64,000 bases of DNA from an uncultured cyanobacterium (GCA_963740315.1 CAVUDP010000003.1:96001-160000), one strand, 5' to 3'. Positions 9,056 through 20,127 are shown, counted from the first letter of the stretch. Translations and numbers: made by a program. The notes: generated from the sequence alone by a model not told the origin.

Positions 9056-10747
9056 ATGTCTTACGTCTCAATACTCAAAAACATACCCGAATTCTTAAGC
9101 CAACCAGCCGGAATAGCAGCCATAGCATCCGTCGGCATACATGGTGCTATTGCTTTTATTCTGCCTTTGATGCCTGTTGACTCCACCAAATCAAACCAAA
9201 CAACATCTCCGGCAAGTGTCGGAATAATGGAATTATCTCAGGCAGAACAAAACAGATTACCTCAGAACAAAAGTCCTCAAATTTCCGCCTTACCCCAAAT
9301 TCCGTTACAGCCGACAGTTCCTTTACCGAACTTTGGGAGCTTACCTACTCCATTACCTCAACTACCACCGAATCCCGATTCCACAAAGGTGATATTACCG
9401 CCTTTGCCGAGAGCATCAGCTAATCCCAGTATCTCGTCTTTACCCGTACTTCCTCAACCGAGTTTCAACTCTTCGTTTAATGCCAAAGCGTCATCTAGCG
9501 GGTCATATCGTCGTTTTAATCAGAAAATCAATTTGGGACAACCCGCACCATTAGTATCTAGAAGAAGCGCACCGAGAAGACAAACATCTTCTCCTGTAGC
9601 TAACATACCTTCAATACAGGCGGAACCAATACCTCCGGAACTTACTAGAGTTCCACCACCACCACCTCTTCCGCCGATGACAGATCCGGGTTTAGGTATA
9701 GGTAATAGTGTAGCGATCGGTAACAGAGTTCCTGTAAATCTACCAAGAGTAGTTAATCCCAAAGATTTTGTTGCGCCTACTAGCAGAAATATTCCGAAAC
9801 CGGGCGATAAATTAACCTTTGCAGGGCAAAGTTTACAGCAATGGGGAAATCAGTCATCTGGCAACAGAAGAATTGAACTACCAAATCAACAGCCATCCAA
9901 TGGAAATATAATAACAGCGCCTCAGAATACAAGTACTTTAACTCTGGCAAAACAGTTTGAGGAAGTTAGGGGACGTTATTCCAACTTAGAAACTAAAGAA
10001 CCGATTTCCGATGTAGTTAGAAGTAAAAAAGGACAAGAAGGTAAAACTGAAGGTACTTTAGTCATTGATGCTGACGGAAAAGCTGATTATTTAAAATTCG
10101 TTGATAGATCGGTTTCTTCCGATCTGAAAAAAGCAACTAGAGATTATTTCAGAAACTATTTCAAGGAAAATCCCATCCGCAAAAATGGTAAAGCAAAAGT
10201 ATACGCATTTACCCTTGACTTTAAGCCTAATGTAGTCAATAGTGTTGAGTTTTCCAAGCCTCAAGAAACATTAGTTGACCGTTTGCGTTCGGCTAAAAAA
10301 GATGAAGTGCAAATAAATCAAAAACCGTCGGGTAAGAAACCTGAAAATTTATCTAGAAGTTCGGCTCCGATTAAAATTGATGCACAACCTGCTAGAAATG
10401 CAGTAGTTGTTCCGACAGTAACTTCAACAGCGCCGGTTAAACCCAAGCCGCAAGTTCAAATTAGAACCAAGCCTACATCTGGTAATAACGCTAAGCCACC
10501 ATTAGAAGTGCGACTCAGAAACAGTCAAGAAGTACCGCCCGTTCCATCAATTCCATCAATACCCAAACCCCAAGCGCGAGTTAATGTCAAAGAACCCGCA
10601 CCGCAAGCTACTTCTAAACCATCTCTTGCAAACAGGTTGAGAAATGGCAAAGACGAATCCGAAGATGATTCTAAAGAAACGAATGCTAGCAAGAAATTAA
10701 TTCAACGGTTACGTAAAATTCAAGATCGCAGAGAAAAAAATAATTAG
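9056..10747 (+). CDS. Proline-rich membrane-anchored protein (TonB-like architecture, function unknown)
   Basis: N-terminal anchor IASVGIHGAIAFILP, long Pro-rich linker, a possible TonB-C-like region (GTLVIDADG). Confidence 0.65.
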   Translation: MSYVSILKNIPEFLSQPAGIAAIASVGIHGAIAFILPLMPVDSTKSNQTTSPASVGIMELSQAEQNRLPQNKSPQISALPQIPLQPTVPLPNFGSLPTPLPQLPPNPDSTKVILPPLPRASANPSISSLPVLPQPSFNSSFNAKASSSGSYRRFNQKINLGQPAPLVSRRSAPRRQTSSPVANIPSIQAEPIPPELTRVPPPPPLPPMTDPGLGIGNSVAIGNRVPVNLPRVVNPKDFVAPTSRNIPKPGDKLTFAGQSLQQWGNQSSGNRRIELPNQQPSNGNIITAPQNTSTLTLAKQFEEVRGRYSNLETKEPISDVVRSKKGQEGKTEGTLVIDADGKADYLKFVDRSVSSDLKKATRDYFRNYFKENPIRKNGKAKVYAFTLDFKPNVVNSVEFSKPQETLVDRLRSAKKDEVQINQKPSGKKPENLSRSSAPIKIDAQPARNAVVVPTVTSTAPVKPKPQVQIRTKPTSGNNAKPPLEVRLRNSQEVPPVPSIPSIPKPQARVNVKEPAPQATSKPSLANRLRNGKDESEDDSKETNASKKLIQRLRKIQDRREKNN

Positions 10748-10958
10748 TAGTTAAGAATCATCATAATTACCGTATAGCCGATAAATGTATGGAGACTTGC
10801 GATCGCGAAGTCTCCACATTTTTTGTATTTATTTAATTTCTATTTACAAAATGCATCAAAATAGGCGGCAACCAATTTATCCTTTACATTTCCATCAAAG
10901 ATAAAATTAATCGCCGCCAAATAGTAATTGAGTGTTTTACTGCTCAATCAATGGATAA

Positions 10959-11378
10959 TTAACCTTCAACAATTACTTTGCCAACCATACCAGCACCACG
11001 GTGAGGTTCGCAGTAGAAAGTATATTCACCAGCAGGTGCATCTGCTGGAATGGTGCTTGTAAACTCTTGTCCGGGACTCATTACCAACTGCTTATGAGAC
11101 AGTTCTTTAGCTAAATCAGCACTCTTTGCAGGGTTTTGACTAGCATCAAATACAACGTTATGAGGAGGAACTTTGTTGTTCACCCATTTAATCGTGTCAC
11201 CAGGTTTAACTGATATTTTTGCTGGTTCAAACGCCAACATACCTTTATCGCTACCTAGCTTGACAGTGTATGTTTCAGCCGCAGCACTAGGTGCGAAAAC
11301 AGCAAAACTGCTGACAACTAGTAGCATAGTCAACGCAGCTAAACCTAAACGCCGTAAAGTGGACGCAATCAATTTCAT
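10959..11378 (-). CDS. petE: Plastocyanin
   Basis: Signal peptide; PHNVVF and [10 protein letters not shown] copper ligands. Confidence 0.98.
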   Translation of the reverse strand: MKLIASTLRRLGLAALTMLLVVSSFAVFAPSAAAETYTVKLGSDKGMLAFEPAKISVKPGDTIKWVNNKVPPHNVVFDASQNPAKSADLAKELSHKQLVMSPGQEFTSTIPADAPAGEYTFYCEPHRGAGMVGKVIVEG

Positions 11379-11722
11379 TCCTTTCTCCTAACAACAGTTT
11401 TTATCATCTTTCTTCTATTTTAAATAAAATTGTGCCCAAATACGACAATCTGTCATATATAAAAATTTTTGTAAATAAATAGCGTAATTGAAGCCAGATA
11501 TGTTAATAAAATCAATAAATTTATTTGTCGAATCCAGAAATGTCAGTTCCGCTCTAAAAAATTTATGAAGTAGTAAGAGTAGGCAACGGTTATAAATCGA
11601 TACAGCACGATCGCTTATCAAAAATAAAACAGTTATTAGTCCATAGCCAGCATACCAAGAGTTTTGATATGCCAACTACGGACTAATAACTAAGGTTTAA
11701 TGATTAATCGATCCTTGAGGAT

Positions 11723-12214
11723 TTAGTAGTAAATCTTACCACCACCCCATTTTTTACCGACAATCTTAGGTTGTAACAAAACATGACCTGCGATCGCTTC
11801 TAAATCTTCGTCAGTCAAGTTACGCATTTCAGTGAAAATATCCGCACTTTTAATGCTGGGATGCAATTCAGAAATTTCCACCTCTCCATCATAGGTAGTG
11901 GGATTTTTCATATAGTCCACCAAACCCTGGATATTATCGCGGGATGGAGTTGCTAATGACAAAGCTTCAGGATCTAATCCTACGTTTTGGTTTGTCTTAG
12001 TTACACCACCAGCATGGCATTGGGCGCAAGCGTAATTGAATAGGCGTTTACCTTCTTTAACTTCTTTTAAATTCAGTACATAGGTATCGCCTTGTTCGTT
12101 CAACGGTACCGTGCGAGTAGCTTCATCAAGTTCTACAGAGTAGGCATTACCCACAAATAACTGAAAACTCAGCACCACACAAGCAACAAAAATGCCAATT
12201 AATCTTGTGATCAT
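11723..12214 (-). CDS. psbV: Cytochrome c550 (PsbV)
   Basis: CAQCH heme motif, DYMKNPTTYDG, KWGGGKIYY; lies upstream of petE. Confidence 0.98.
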   Translation of the reverse strand: MITRLIGIFVACVVLSFQLFVGNAYSVELDEATRTVPLNEQGDTYVLNLKEVKEGKRLFNYACAQCHAGGVTKTNQNVGLDPEALSLATPSRDNIQGLVDYMKNPTTYDGEVEISELHPSIKSADIFTEMRNLTDEDLEAIAGHVLLQPKIVGKKWGGGKIYY

Positions 12215-12646
12215 GTTTCCCCTCAAAAATTTTAATGCTTAACACAGCAATAACAGCGATGCTTAATTTCTTATTGCTAAGAGTCAACACAAAAAGCGTT
12301 TTTGTTATTAACCCTTGATAATAGGTAACTTCGGTTTAATTCAAAACGAGGCACCGATTCAAAGGAATGTTCAAACAAAAATTAGAAAATAAATAAATGG
12401 CGGTATCCTTTAACGTCATAATCCAGGAATTTATTTATAAACATTTGTAAATTATTCCCAGTCAGACGTACAAAGAAAGTCTGCTTCAGCCTTTTAAAGC
12501 TGTAATAGACCATGATTTCCGCGATTGATAGGCTTGCAAAACCCATAATGGTTGTTAACTCAGACAATAAGATTAAGTCACTGTAATACAATTATCACTC
12601 CAAGCGTGCAATTTTTTGCCCAAAGTACTTTTTGAAGTTGGGATGA

Positions 12647-12885
12647 GGGGAGTTGGGGAGATGGGGAGATGGGGAGAGGGGGAGATGGGGAGATGGGGAG
12701 AGGGGGAGAGGGGGAGATGGGGAGATGGGGAGATGGGGAGATGGGGAGATGGGGAGAGGGGGAGAGGGGGAGATGGGGAGATGGGGAGATGGGGAGATGG
12801 GGTAGTTAAACAGCGAGCAAGATGCTCGCACTACTCTTAACTGCTAACTGCTAACTGCTAACTGCTAACTGCTAACTGCTAACTG
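12647..12885. repeat. Short tandem repeats: GGGGAGA(T/G) 8-mer array and CTGCTAA 7-mer array
   Basis: Directly visible; typical STRR-type repeats of filamentous cyanobacteria. Confidence 0.9.
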
Positions 12886-12886
12886 G

Positions 12887-13720
12887 TTACTGTTTGGTGC
12901 CTGTGAAGGAGACGCTTTGAATAAAGTAGCGGTTGAAGAAGGCGTAAATAGCTAAAGCTGGTAGGGTAAATACCATTGAAGCTGCCATGATGTAGTTCCA
13001 ATAGCTGATATATTGACCTTTGAAGCTGTTTAGTCCGAGGGGTAGGGTAAACATTTCTGGATCGAATAAAATAACTACGGGAAGTAAGAAGTTATTCCAG
13101 CTACTCATGAAGATAAATACTGCTTGGGCTGCTAGTGCTGGTTTTGCCAGAGGAAGTACGATATGACGAAAAATTCCAAAGGTACTTAAACCATCTAAGG
13201 CTGCGGCTTCTTCTAATTCTGTAGGAAAGTTAACGAAAAACTGCCGCATCATAAAAATAAATGTGGCGTTTACCATGTTGGGAACGATCATGCCTTGGTA
13301 GGAGTTTAACCAGCCAAAAGTTTTTAAGATTAAAAATGTGGGGATGAGTGTAACTTGTATCGGTACGGCTAATACTGCCAAAATTAAGAAAAACCAAAAT
13401 CTTCTGCCCCGAAACCGCAGTCTTGCTAAGGCGTAACCTGCCATAGAGTTGAATAGCAAGTTTAATATTGTGACGGCGATCGCGATAATTACGCTGTTGA
13501 AAAACCAACGTAAAAATAATGGTTCTTCGATAAATATTTGTTTGTAATTATCAAAGGTAAAGTTCTTGGGTAGGAAATTTGGTTCGCCAGCGACTATTTC
13601 TGTTAAGGGTTTAAACGATGCCGAAAGCGCCCATAAAAAAGGAATTAGAGTAATTATTGCGTACAAAACTAAGACTGAGTAAAGCAGTATTTTTAGCCAT
13701 GAAAGTCTCCATTTATTCAA
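12887..13720 (-). CDS. Carbohydrate ABC transporter permease (MalG/UgpE-type)
   Basis: EAA motif ELEEAAALDG; WNNFLLP. Confidence 0.92.
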   Translation of the reverse strand: MNKWRLSWLKILLYSVLVLYAIITLIPFLWALSASFKPLTEIVAGEPNFLPKNFTFDNYKQIFIEEPLFLRWFFNSVIIAIAVTILNLLFNSMAGYALARLRFRGRRFWFFLILAVLAVPIQVTLIPTFLILKTFGWLNSYQGMIVPNMVNATFIFMMRQFFVNFPTELEEAAALDGLSTFGIFRHIVLPLAKPALAAQAVFIFMSSWNNFLLPVVILFDPEMFTLPLGLNSFKGQYISYWNYIMAASMVFTLPALAIYAFFNRYFIQSVSFTGTKQ

Positions 13721-14601
13721 TTTTCGCCTCCAAATCGCCGCCCAATTAAGGTTATGGTTATAATTATCGCTGCTAATAGGAAAGCTATAGCCGCTGCATA
13801 TCCCATTTGTAAGTTACGAAATACGGCTTGATATATCAATAAAACTACAGTTAATGTAGCGTTATTTGGTCCACCAGTACCTTTAGAAAATATATAAGAT
13901 TGGTCAAATAGTTGAAAAGTACCGATTATTCCCATTGCTACCACAAAAAAGGTAACTGGTTTAAGCATAGGAATAGTGATATTAATAAATTTATGCCATC
14001 CATTGGCACCGTCTAATTCTGCTGCTTCGTAGAGGTATTTGGGTATATCTTGCAAAGCCGCCAAATAAATCACCATGAAAAACGGTGCTGTTGACCAGAT
14101 ATTCATAATCATAATGGCAATGAGTGCAACTGCGGGATCTCCCAACCAGTTATATGTCGGAAATCCAATGGCATTTAAAAAATCATTTAGCAACCCATTA
14201 GTGTTGTATATCCACATGAATATCAGCGTCAAAACTGTAGAAGAAGTAACTGTGGGTAAAAAGAAAAGCACCCGCCACCAGCTTTTACCGCGAATACCAG
14301 AATTAAGGGTAACTGCTAAAAATAAAGCCAGAATAGTTTGTGAAGGTACGACGATCGCCACGTATTCAGCAGTATTTTTGAGGGCAATCCAAACCCGTTC
14401 ATCTTCTGCTAACTGACTGAAGTTACGAAAACCAACAAATTCGTATTCGATACCACCTAAAAGCTGTACTTTTTGTAGAGAAAGAAATACAGCATAAACT
14501 ATCGGTAGCACCACAAAAGTACCCAAAACCAAAATAGTTGGTGCAAGAAAAAGATATCCAGCTAAATTCGTTTTGGGATGCCGTCTGTTTAATTGCTGCA
14601 A
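13717..14601 (-). CDS. Carbohydrate ABC transporter permease (MalF/UgpA-type)
   Basis: EAA motif LYEAAELDGA; FQLFDQ, GYAAAIA. Confidence 0.92.
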   Translation of the reverse strand: MQQLNRRHPKTNLAGYLFLAPTILVLGTFVVLPIVYAVFLSLQKVQLLGGIEYEFVGFRNFSQLAEDERVWIALKNTAEYVAIVVPSQTILALFLAVTLNSGIRGKSWWRVLFFLPTVTSSTVLTLIFMWIYNTNGLLNDFLNAIGFPTYNWLGDPAVALIAIMIMNIWSTAPFFMVIYLAALQDIPKYLYEAAELDGANGWHKFINITIPMLKPVTFFVVAMGIIGTFQLFDQSYIFSKGTGGPNNATLTVVLLIYQAVFRNLQMGYAAAIAFLLAAIIITITLIGRRFGGEN

Positions 14602-14855
14602 CTGAAGTCAACCTTTTTTATGCATCAAAAGAATTGTAGCGATAACTGATGCAAATAAAATTAAGCTTCTTGAAATTGTTCTAAAAGGACATTTATTATA
14701 TATTGGATTACTGTTGATGAAACATAAAATTATTGAGTTTCTTCGTTTATGCGAACCGTTAAATTCAACATTGCACCGGATCTTTTTCTCAATTAAGGTT
14801 TCTTAATAATTATCCATTGTTGTTTACCTTACTAAAAGTATAAAATAATTATCCC

Positions 14856-15896
14856 ATGCAAACCCTCTTAATTAAACCGCCAACTTTACATAATTTCCTC
14901 ACACAAGTACTCAAACCTCATTCTTGATCACCAGAAGCGCAAACTGCATTAATTAATCATTTAGTAGAAGCTAATTTTTGGGGAATAGATTCTCACGGAT
15001 TGCAGCAAATTATCGGTTATGACAAAAGCCTTAAAAGCGGACGAATAAACCCCAAACCGCAAATAAAAATCATTGACGATCGCCCTAGTTTAATTCGTAT
15101 AGATGCAGATGCAGCACCGGGACAATATGCTGCTAAAGTTGCAATGGAAATGGCGATCGCCGCAGCTAAGAAAACCGGGATAGCGGTTGTGGGTGTTACC
15201 AACAGCAATCATTTCGGTGTTGCTGGTTACTGCACCCGCATGGCAACGGAAGCGGGTACAATCGGTTTTGCAACTACAGATACTAATGTTGTTGATTTAG
15301 CACCTTTCGGTGGAAGTGTCGCAAAGCTGGGAAACAATGCCATTTCTTGGGGAATTCCTACAGGTACAAATCGTCCAGTAATTATCGATATGGCAACGGG
15401 TGCGGTAAGTGGTGGAAAGGTAAAACATTTTGCCTACCAAGGATTAGAAATTCCTTTAAGATGGGGGTTAACAACTGAAGGAAAACCTACCTTAAACCCT
15501 AAAGAAGTAGCAGTTAATATACCAGCTTCTTATAAAGGTTCCGGTTTAGCATTTATATCAGATTTATTATGCGGAGCGTTATTAGGAACTGCAACGGCAA
15601 TGTTTAAAAATAAAGCAATTCACGATGCTGCAAATGGAACCGGACATTTATTTTGGGTGTTAGATGTATCTGCATGAACTGATAAACAAAAATTTGAGCA
15701 AGAAGTCCAAAAAGCTGTAAAATCTCTTAAAGAAACTCCGCGACTTGAAGCTGAAGAACCGATTTATTATCCTGGTGAATTAGAAATAATTAATCGCAAG
15801 GAAAGATTACAAAATGGTATTTCCGTACCTATCGCTTTAATTGAAACCCTCGCAGAACATTTTGGAAATAATCTTGTTTCTGAATATCTAATGTAG
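14856..15896 (+). pseudogene. Ldh_2 (malate/L-lactate dehydrogenase) family oxidoreductase with two in-frame TGA stops
   Basis: One continuous frame from ATG 14856 to TAG 15896 with GIDSHG, NSNHFG, LGNNAI, IDMAT, YKGSGL and YPGE motifs. TGA at 14925-14927 and 15675-15677. Confidence 0.85.
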
Positions 15897-15909
15897 AGAC
15901 GTAGCACTG

Positions 15910-17520
15910 CTACGTCTTTACACGTCGAAATAATTTCAACAATCCTATCCCCGTAATTAAACTAGATAAAATAGCAGTTGTTATCACTCCAATTACAAAG
16001 CTAACAATCCAAGCAATATCTGGATTCCAAACCTTGGATAACAATAAATTAGCAATTAAACCTGCAAAAGAACCTAAAAACACGCTTGCAAAAATACCTA
16101 CTAAAGATAGCATCAACCACCCTAACGAATTGTCTATTTGTCGGCGTATAGTTAACGATTTAGCTATCGATGTTCCTCCAATTACTCCGATTACCGCACA
16201 TAGCAATTCTCCCTTAGAACCGAATAATATACTTCCAGTAAAAGTTCCGATAAATAAACCTATGAGAAAGCCAAATAAAGTTTCTATCAAAGACCAAAAA
16301 TTAAATATAATTCGCTGTTTTAACACCAACCACTGCATAATTTCAACTGGTACCAAAGTAATAATTGCTGCTAACATTGCATAGTGATAACCTAGATTCT
16401 GACCAAAAATAGAATATACCGCTCCACTAAAAATACTACGTATAAATAAACCAATACCGATACCGACAATATTTGATAACATCCATTGATAGAAAAAACC
16501 AACGTTAATAGCTGTTATCGGAGTTGTTAGAGTATCAGTTTGAGCTGTTATCGGTGGATTAGTAACATTAGAATTCGCCGGTGGATTAGTATTGGAAGGT
16601 ATTTTACTTTGAAGCGTGGGCAAAAATGAAATTGGCTTAATCTCCGATAACCGTTGTAAAATTTCTTCAGTATTTGCAGGGCGTTGAGAAGGCGATCGCA
16701 TCATCATCCAATCGAGAAAGTCTGCAAACTCTAGCGAAATATTCGCTACTGCATCGCGCCATAATAATTCATCAGTTTGGGGATTATAAAATTGATTTGG
16801 ATCTTTTGCGGTGAGTAAATAAACGAACGTGCGTCCTAAAGCGAAAAAATCAGATTGCTGCATAGCTTGACCGTTCATTTGTTCTGGTGGCGTGTATCCA
16901 GCGGAAACTATCCCCGTCACCTTTCCTTCAGCTTGTGCTTGCCAGTAAGTATCTGTAACTACTCGCGCCGTACCAAAATCAATCAGTGCTAAACCTCCCT
17001 CAGCCCGCAGCATAACGTTAGCTGGTTTGATATCGCGATGAAAAAAGTTTTGATTGTGAACCTGTTGCAGAATAATTGTCAATTCTTGCAACCATTGCAT
17101 CGCCATTCTTTCATCAATAGGACGATATTCCCGCTGTTTGATGTATTCATATAAATCCATCCCCTCAATTTTTTCCATCACCAAACAGTGCAAAGCTTGT
17201 TGACTGTTGCGGGGATGATAAACAAAATATCCGTCAGCTTCAACTTGAGGAATTCCGGGATAATTTAATTGAGATAAAACCTCAGCTTCTCGTTGAAATA
17301 ATTCAATCGCTTTGGGAAAATTATTATGGAGTATTTTAATAACTTTTGGCGTAGTGTTGCGTTCCGTTATCTCATAAGTCTTACCAAAACCGCCACCTCC
17401 TAAATATTTTACTACCTTATAACGTCCTTGCAGCAGCAATTCCGAACCACAACCCAGACAAAAAATTATCTTGTCGGGATTATCGGGTTTTGAACAATGG
17501 GGATTTATACAAAGACTCAT
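15910..17520 (-). CDS. Ser/Thr protein kinase with N-terminal Cys4 motif and C-terminal membrane domain
   Basis: CINPHC...CLGCG, LGGGGFGKT, HRDIKPAN, DFG, GYTPPE. Confidence 0.93.
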   Translation of the reverse strand: MSLCINPHCSKPDNPDKIIFCLGCGSELLLQGRYKVVKYLGGGGFGKTYEITERNTTPKVIKILHNNFPKAIELFQREAEVLSQLNYPGIPQVEADGYFVYHPRNSQQALHCLVMEKIEGMDLYEYIKQREYRPIDERMAMQWLQELTIILQQVHNQNFFHRDIKPANVMLRAEGGLALIDFGTARVVTDTYWQAQAEGKVTGIVSAGYTPPEQMNGQAMQQSDFFALGRTFVYLLTAKDPNQFYNPQTDELLWRDAVANISLEFADFLDWMMMRSPSQRPANTEEILQRLSEIKPISFLPTLQSKIPSNTNPPANSNVTNPPITAQTDTLTTPITAINVGFFYQWMLSNIVGIGIGLFIRSIFSGAVYSIFGQNLGYHYAMLAAIITLVPVEIMQWLVLKQRIIFNFWSLIETLFGFLIGLFIGTFTGSILFGSKGELLCAVIGVIGGTSIAKSLTIRRQIDNSLGWLMLSLVGIFASVFLGSFAGLIANLLLSKVWNPDIAWIVSFVIGVITTAILSSLITGIGLLKLFRRVKT

Positions 17521-17581
17521 TATCTTGGAAATAGGGAATTGGATGTTAACCTTTGACCTTTAACCTCTAACCTTTAACCTT

Positions 17582-18259
17582 CTATTGAACAACTTCTATT
17601 AATGTACCTATTTTTACGACCTTATATAACTCATCCACATCTTGATTTTTTAAAGATGGGCAACCCCAAGTCCAATTTTGTTGTTTATCTATCATTTCAT
17701 CGCTTCCTTGAGGTACCCCATGAATACCAACCTCACCCCCAATAGAATCAAACCAAGAAATTTTACCTTGGCTTTTAGCTTGAAAATGCTTTCTCCAAGA
17801 TGCAGCGTTGGGATAATTTAACCACATAAATTTAGACCATGAAGGATGAGGATATAAATCTTTTATGTGATGAATACCTTCTGGAGTGCGTCTGTCACCT
17901 TCTTTTAACTTATCCCCTTTTGGGCTGCTACCGAAAACTACAGGGTAAGATTTGATCGGTTTTTGATTATAGTAAAGCGTGATTCGATGCTTTGATTTTT
18001 CAATTAAAATCGAGGTTTTATCTTTATTTACAGTCTCTCCAATTAATTTCTCAACCGTTTGACTGTAATTTAATAACTTATTTCCCGGAATAGCAGAGTG
18101 AATAGTTTTCGGTGATTCACAACTAGTCAAACATAAAACTTCCGTAACATCCCTTATAGGGAAAATAAATCCCAAGCGAGCTAGTAGAAAATATAGTGCA
18201 GATGTGCTAAAAATTAAAAGCAAAATTGTTTTTATTTGTTTTTGATATTTTAAATTCAC
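17582..18259 (-). CDS. L,D-transpeptidase (YkuD family)
   Basis: EGDRRTPEG, GIHG...WTWGC catalytic motif. Confidence 0.9.
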   Translation of the reverse strand: MNLKYQKQIKTILLLIFSTSALYFLLARLGFIFPIRDVTEVLCLTSCESPKTIHSAIPGNKLLNYSQTVEKLIGETVNKDKTSILIEKSKHRITLYYNQKPIKSYPVVFGSSPKGDKLKEGDRRTPEGIHHIKDLYPHPSWSKFMWLNYPNAASWRKHFQAKSQGKISWFDSIGGEVGIHGVPQGSDEMIDKQQNWTWGCPSLKNQDVDELYKVVKIGTLIEVVQ

Positions 18260-18325
18260 TGGTTTTAAAGTAATAATAGTTACATTTTTTTAGTGAATCA
18301 ACTTTAACATCTATAGATTACTAAT

Positions 18326-18434
18326 TTGTCTGGCGGTTGAAACCGCTGCTACACAAGCAAAACCCCTCCGGGTTCACTAGTTTGGCGGGACGGAAACCGA
18401 CACCGCCAACTAGATTCACCGCCTGCGCGGGTTT
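18326..18434. repeat. REP-like palindromic repeat with a nested small palindromic insertion
   Basis: GCGGTTGAAACCGC...AAACC[insert with CTAGTTTGGCGG/CCGCCAACTAG]CCGCCTGCGCGGGTTT. Confidence 0.6.
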
Positions 18435-18471
18435 AAGTCTCCCATGCCCAATCCCCAATCCCCAATTCCCA

Positions 18472-19326
18472 ATGAATAAAGAAATGCGTCGCGACTTTGA
18501 CAACCGTGAAGAATTAATTGCTTACCTCAAACAAGAATTTCCCGAAGCTGAAAAACGAGATGAACATATCAGCGAAACCGTAGGTGGAAGAAAAGCCGCC
18601 GAAAAAGCACTAGAAAAAGTAGACCCCAGAAAATACGGGAAAACACGTAATTTTTTAACTGGCGGTGTTACCAGACTTTCCGCTTATCTCCGCTACGGCG
18701 TATTAAGTTTGGCAGAAGTGCGAGACTTTGCTTTAAACAGAGCTAGCAACGATAACGATGCCACAAAGTTAGTTAACGAATTAGGCTGGCGGGATTATTG
18801 GCAAAGATTATATGTAAAACTCGGCGATCAAATTTGGGAAGATAGAGAAGAATACAAAACAGGTTACAGCGTCGCCGATTATGCATCGGAATTTCCAGAA
18901 GATATCGCACAAGGTACTACCGGATTAGTTTGTATTGATAGCTTTAGTCAAGAATTGCGCGAAAGTGGCTATTTACACAATCATATGCGGATGTGGATTG
19001 CGGCATATATAGTGCATTGGCGGCGAATTGGCTGGCAAGCTGGTGCAAAATGGTTTTTAGAGCATTTATTAGACGGAGATCCAGCAAGTAATAATATGTC
19101 ATGGCAATGGGTAGCGAGTACCTTTAGTCATAAACCTTATTTCTTTAACCGTCAGAATTTAGAACGTTATACCGATGGGGTTTATTGCAAAGAATGTCCT
19201 TTGTATGGCAATTGTGATTTTGAAGGTAGTTACGAACAGTTAGAAGAGAAATTGTTTCCTAAAAAAGAGTTTAGTAATAAGCCGAATAGTCAAAGTTATC
19301 AGAAAGGGAAGAGGAAGAAAGGTTAA
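18472..19326 (+). CDS. DNA photolyase/cryptochrome FAD-binding domain protein (stand-alone)
   Basis: TRLSAYLRYG, ELGWRDYW, GYLHNHMRM, LLDGDPASNNMSWQW. ATG 18472 preferred because the upstream extension is repeat-derived. Confidence 0.9.
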   Translation: MNKEMRRDFDNREELIAYLKQEFPEAEKRDEHISETVGGRKAAEKALEKVDPRKYGKTRNFLTGGVTRLSAYLRYGVLSLAEVRDFALNRASNDNDATKLVNELGWRDYWQRLYVKLGDQIWEDREEYKTGYSVADYASEFPEDIAQGTTGLVCIDSFSQELRESGYLHNHMRMWIAAYIVHWRRIGWQAGAKWFLEHLLDGDPASNNMSWQWVASTFSHKPYFFNRQNLERYTDGVYCKECPLYGNCDFEGSYEQLEEKLFPKKEFSNKPNSQSYQKGKRKKG

Positions 19327-19394
19327 AGGTCAAAGGTTAAAGGTCAAAGGTTAAAGGTTAAAGGTTAAAGGTTAAAGGTGAAAGAATGTAAAAT

Positions 19395-19601
19395 GTAGGT
19401 TGGGTTAGGCGCACGAAGAGATTAATTATTGACGATAAATTCAAATGCGCCGTAACCCAACATTGCTTTATTGATTTTTTAAATAATTCTGCTTTCTGAT
19501 AACAACATTCATTCGCAATCGCGGTGTCGGGTTACTCTAATTGATTAATTTAGATTATCGTTACAAATCAAATTTGGTTTTCGTGTCTCACCCAACCTAC
19601 G
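19395..19601. mobile_element. REP/MITE-like element (GTAGGTTGGGTT...ACCCAACCTAC family)
   Basis: Terminal inverted repeats with internal CGTAACCCAACA/TGTCGGGTTAC hairpins. Related copies at 20057-20127 and 37658-37897. Confidence 0.7.
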
Positions 19602-19662
19602 AAATGCTTCTATAGCCTGCATTATGAGATGATTGAGCTATAGTAAAGAAGAGGTAGAATAC

Positions 19663-19845
19663 TTGCCGACTACTCAACAGGCGTTTCGATGCTTCCAACT
19701 GTGTCAAAACCTGACAAATATGTACTTTTCTGTAGATATGGTGCGTTTAGATGAAAGAACTGGGAACGCCATTATTCTTGCAGGAGAAGAAATTTTGATT
19801 GAGATTTACCCTAATGGAAATTGGAGGTTTGTTAATGAAGCTTAA
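19663..19845 (+). CDS. DUF6888-like small protein (putative TA component)
   Basis: LPTTQQAFRCFQLCQNLTNMY...RLDERTG...ILAGEEILIEIYPNG pattern; TTG start after GAGG. Confidence 0.65.
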   Translation: MPTTQQAFRCFQLCQNLTNMYFSVDMVRLDERTGNAIILAGEEILIEIYPNGNWRFVNEA

Positions 19846-20029
19846 TTTTCAAACGATGACAATGGGAGAACTAAAAAAATATGTTCTAGAGAATCGAGAT
19901 GATAATGTAGCATTTCAAGCATTAATGGAGCGCGTTGATGCTCAACCTCAAGAGCAAGTTTATGGAGAGGTAAATCCCGAACAATTTTCTGAAATACTAA
20001 AACAACATCGCGGTTTTCAGAAAGATTAA
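19835..20029 (+). CDS. DUF6887-like small protein (putative TA component)
   Basis: NFQTMTMGELKKYVLENRDDNVAFQALMER pattern; overlaps the upstream partner; GGAGG RBS. Confidence 0.65.
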   Translation: MKLNFQTMTMGELKKYVLENRDDNVAFQALMERVDAQPQEQVYGEVNPEQFSEILKQHRGFQKD

Positions 20030-20056
20030 ATTCGCTGTGTTTAACGGCAATAGTGA

Positions 20057-20127
20057 TGTTGGGTTACGACACGATTAATGTTATCGCTACAAATTAAATT
20101 TGGTTTCCGTGTCTAACCCAACCTACG
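20057..20127. repeat. REP-like hairpin, direct repeat of about 19526-19602
   Basis: TGTTGGGTTACGACACG...CGTGTCTAACCCAACCTACG. Confidence 0.7.

Noticed and set aside
12595..12840. 78-aa and 74-aa ORFs on both strands
   Set aside because: They are translations of the GGGGAGA(T/G) tandem repeat.
18337..18471. N-terminal extension of the photolyase-domain ORF
   Set aside because: Derived from REP-like and CCCCAAT repeats; ATG 18472 is more plausible.
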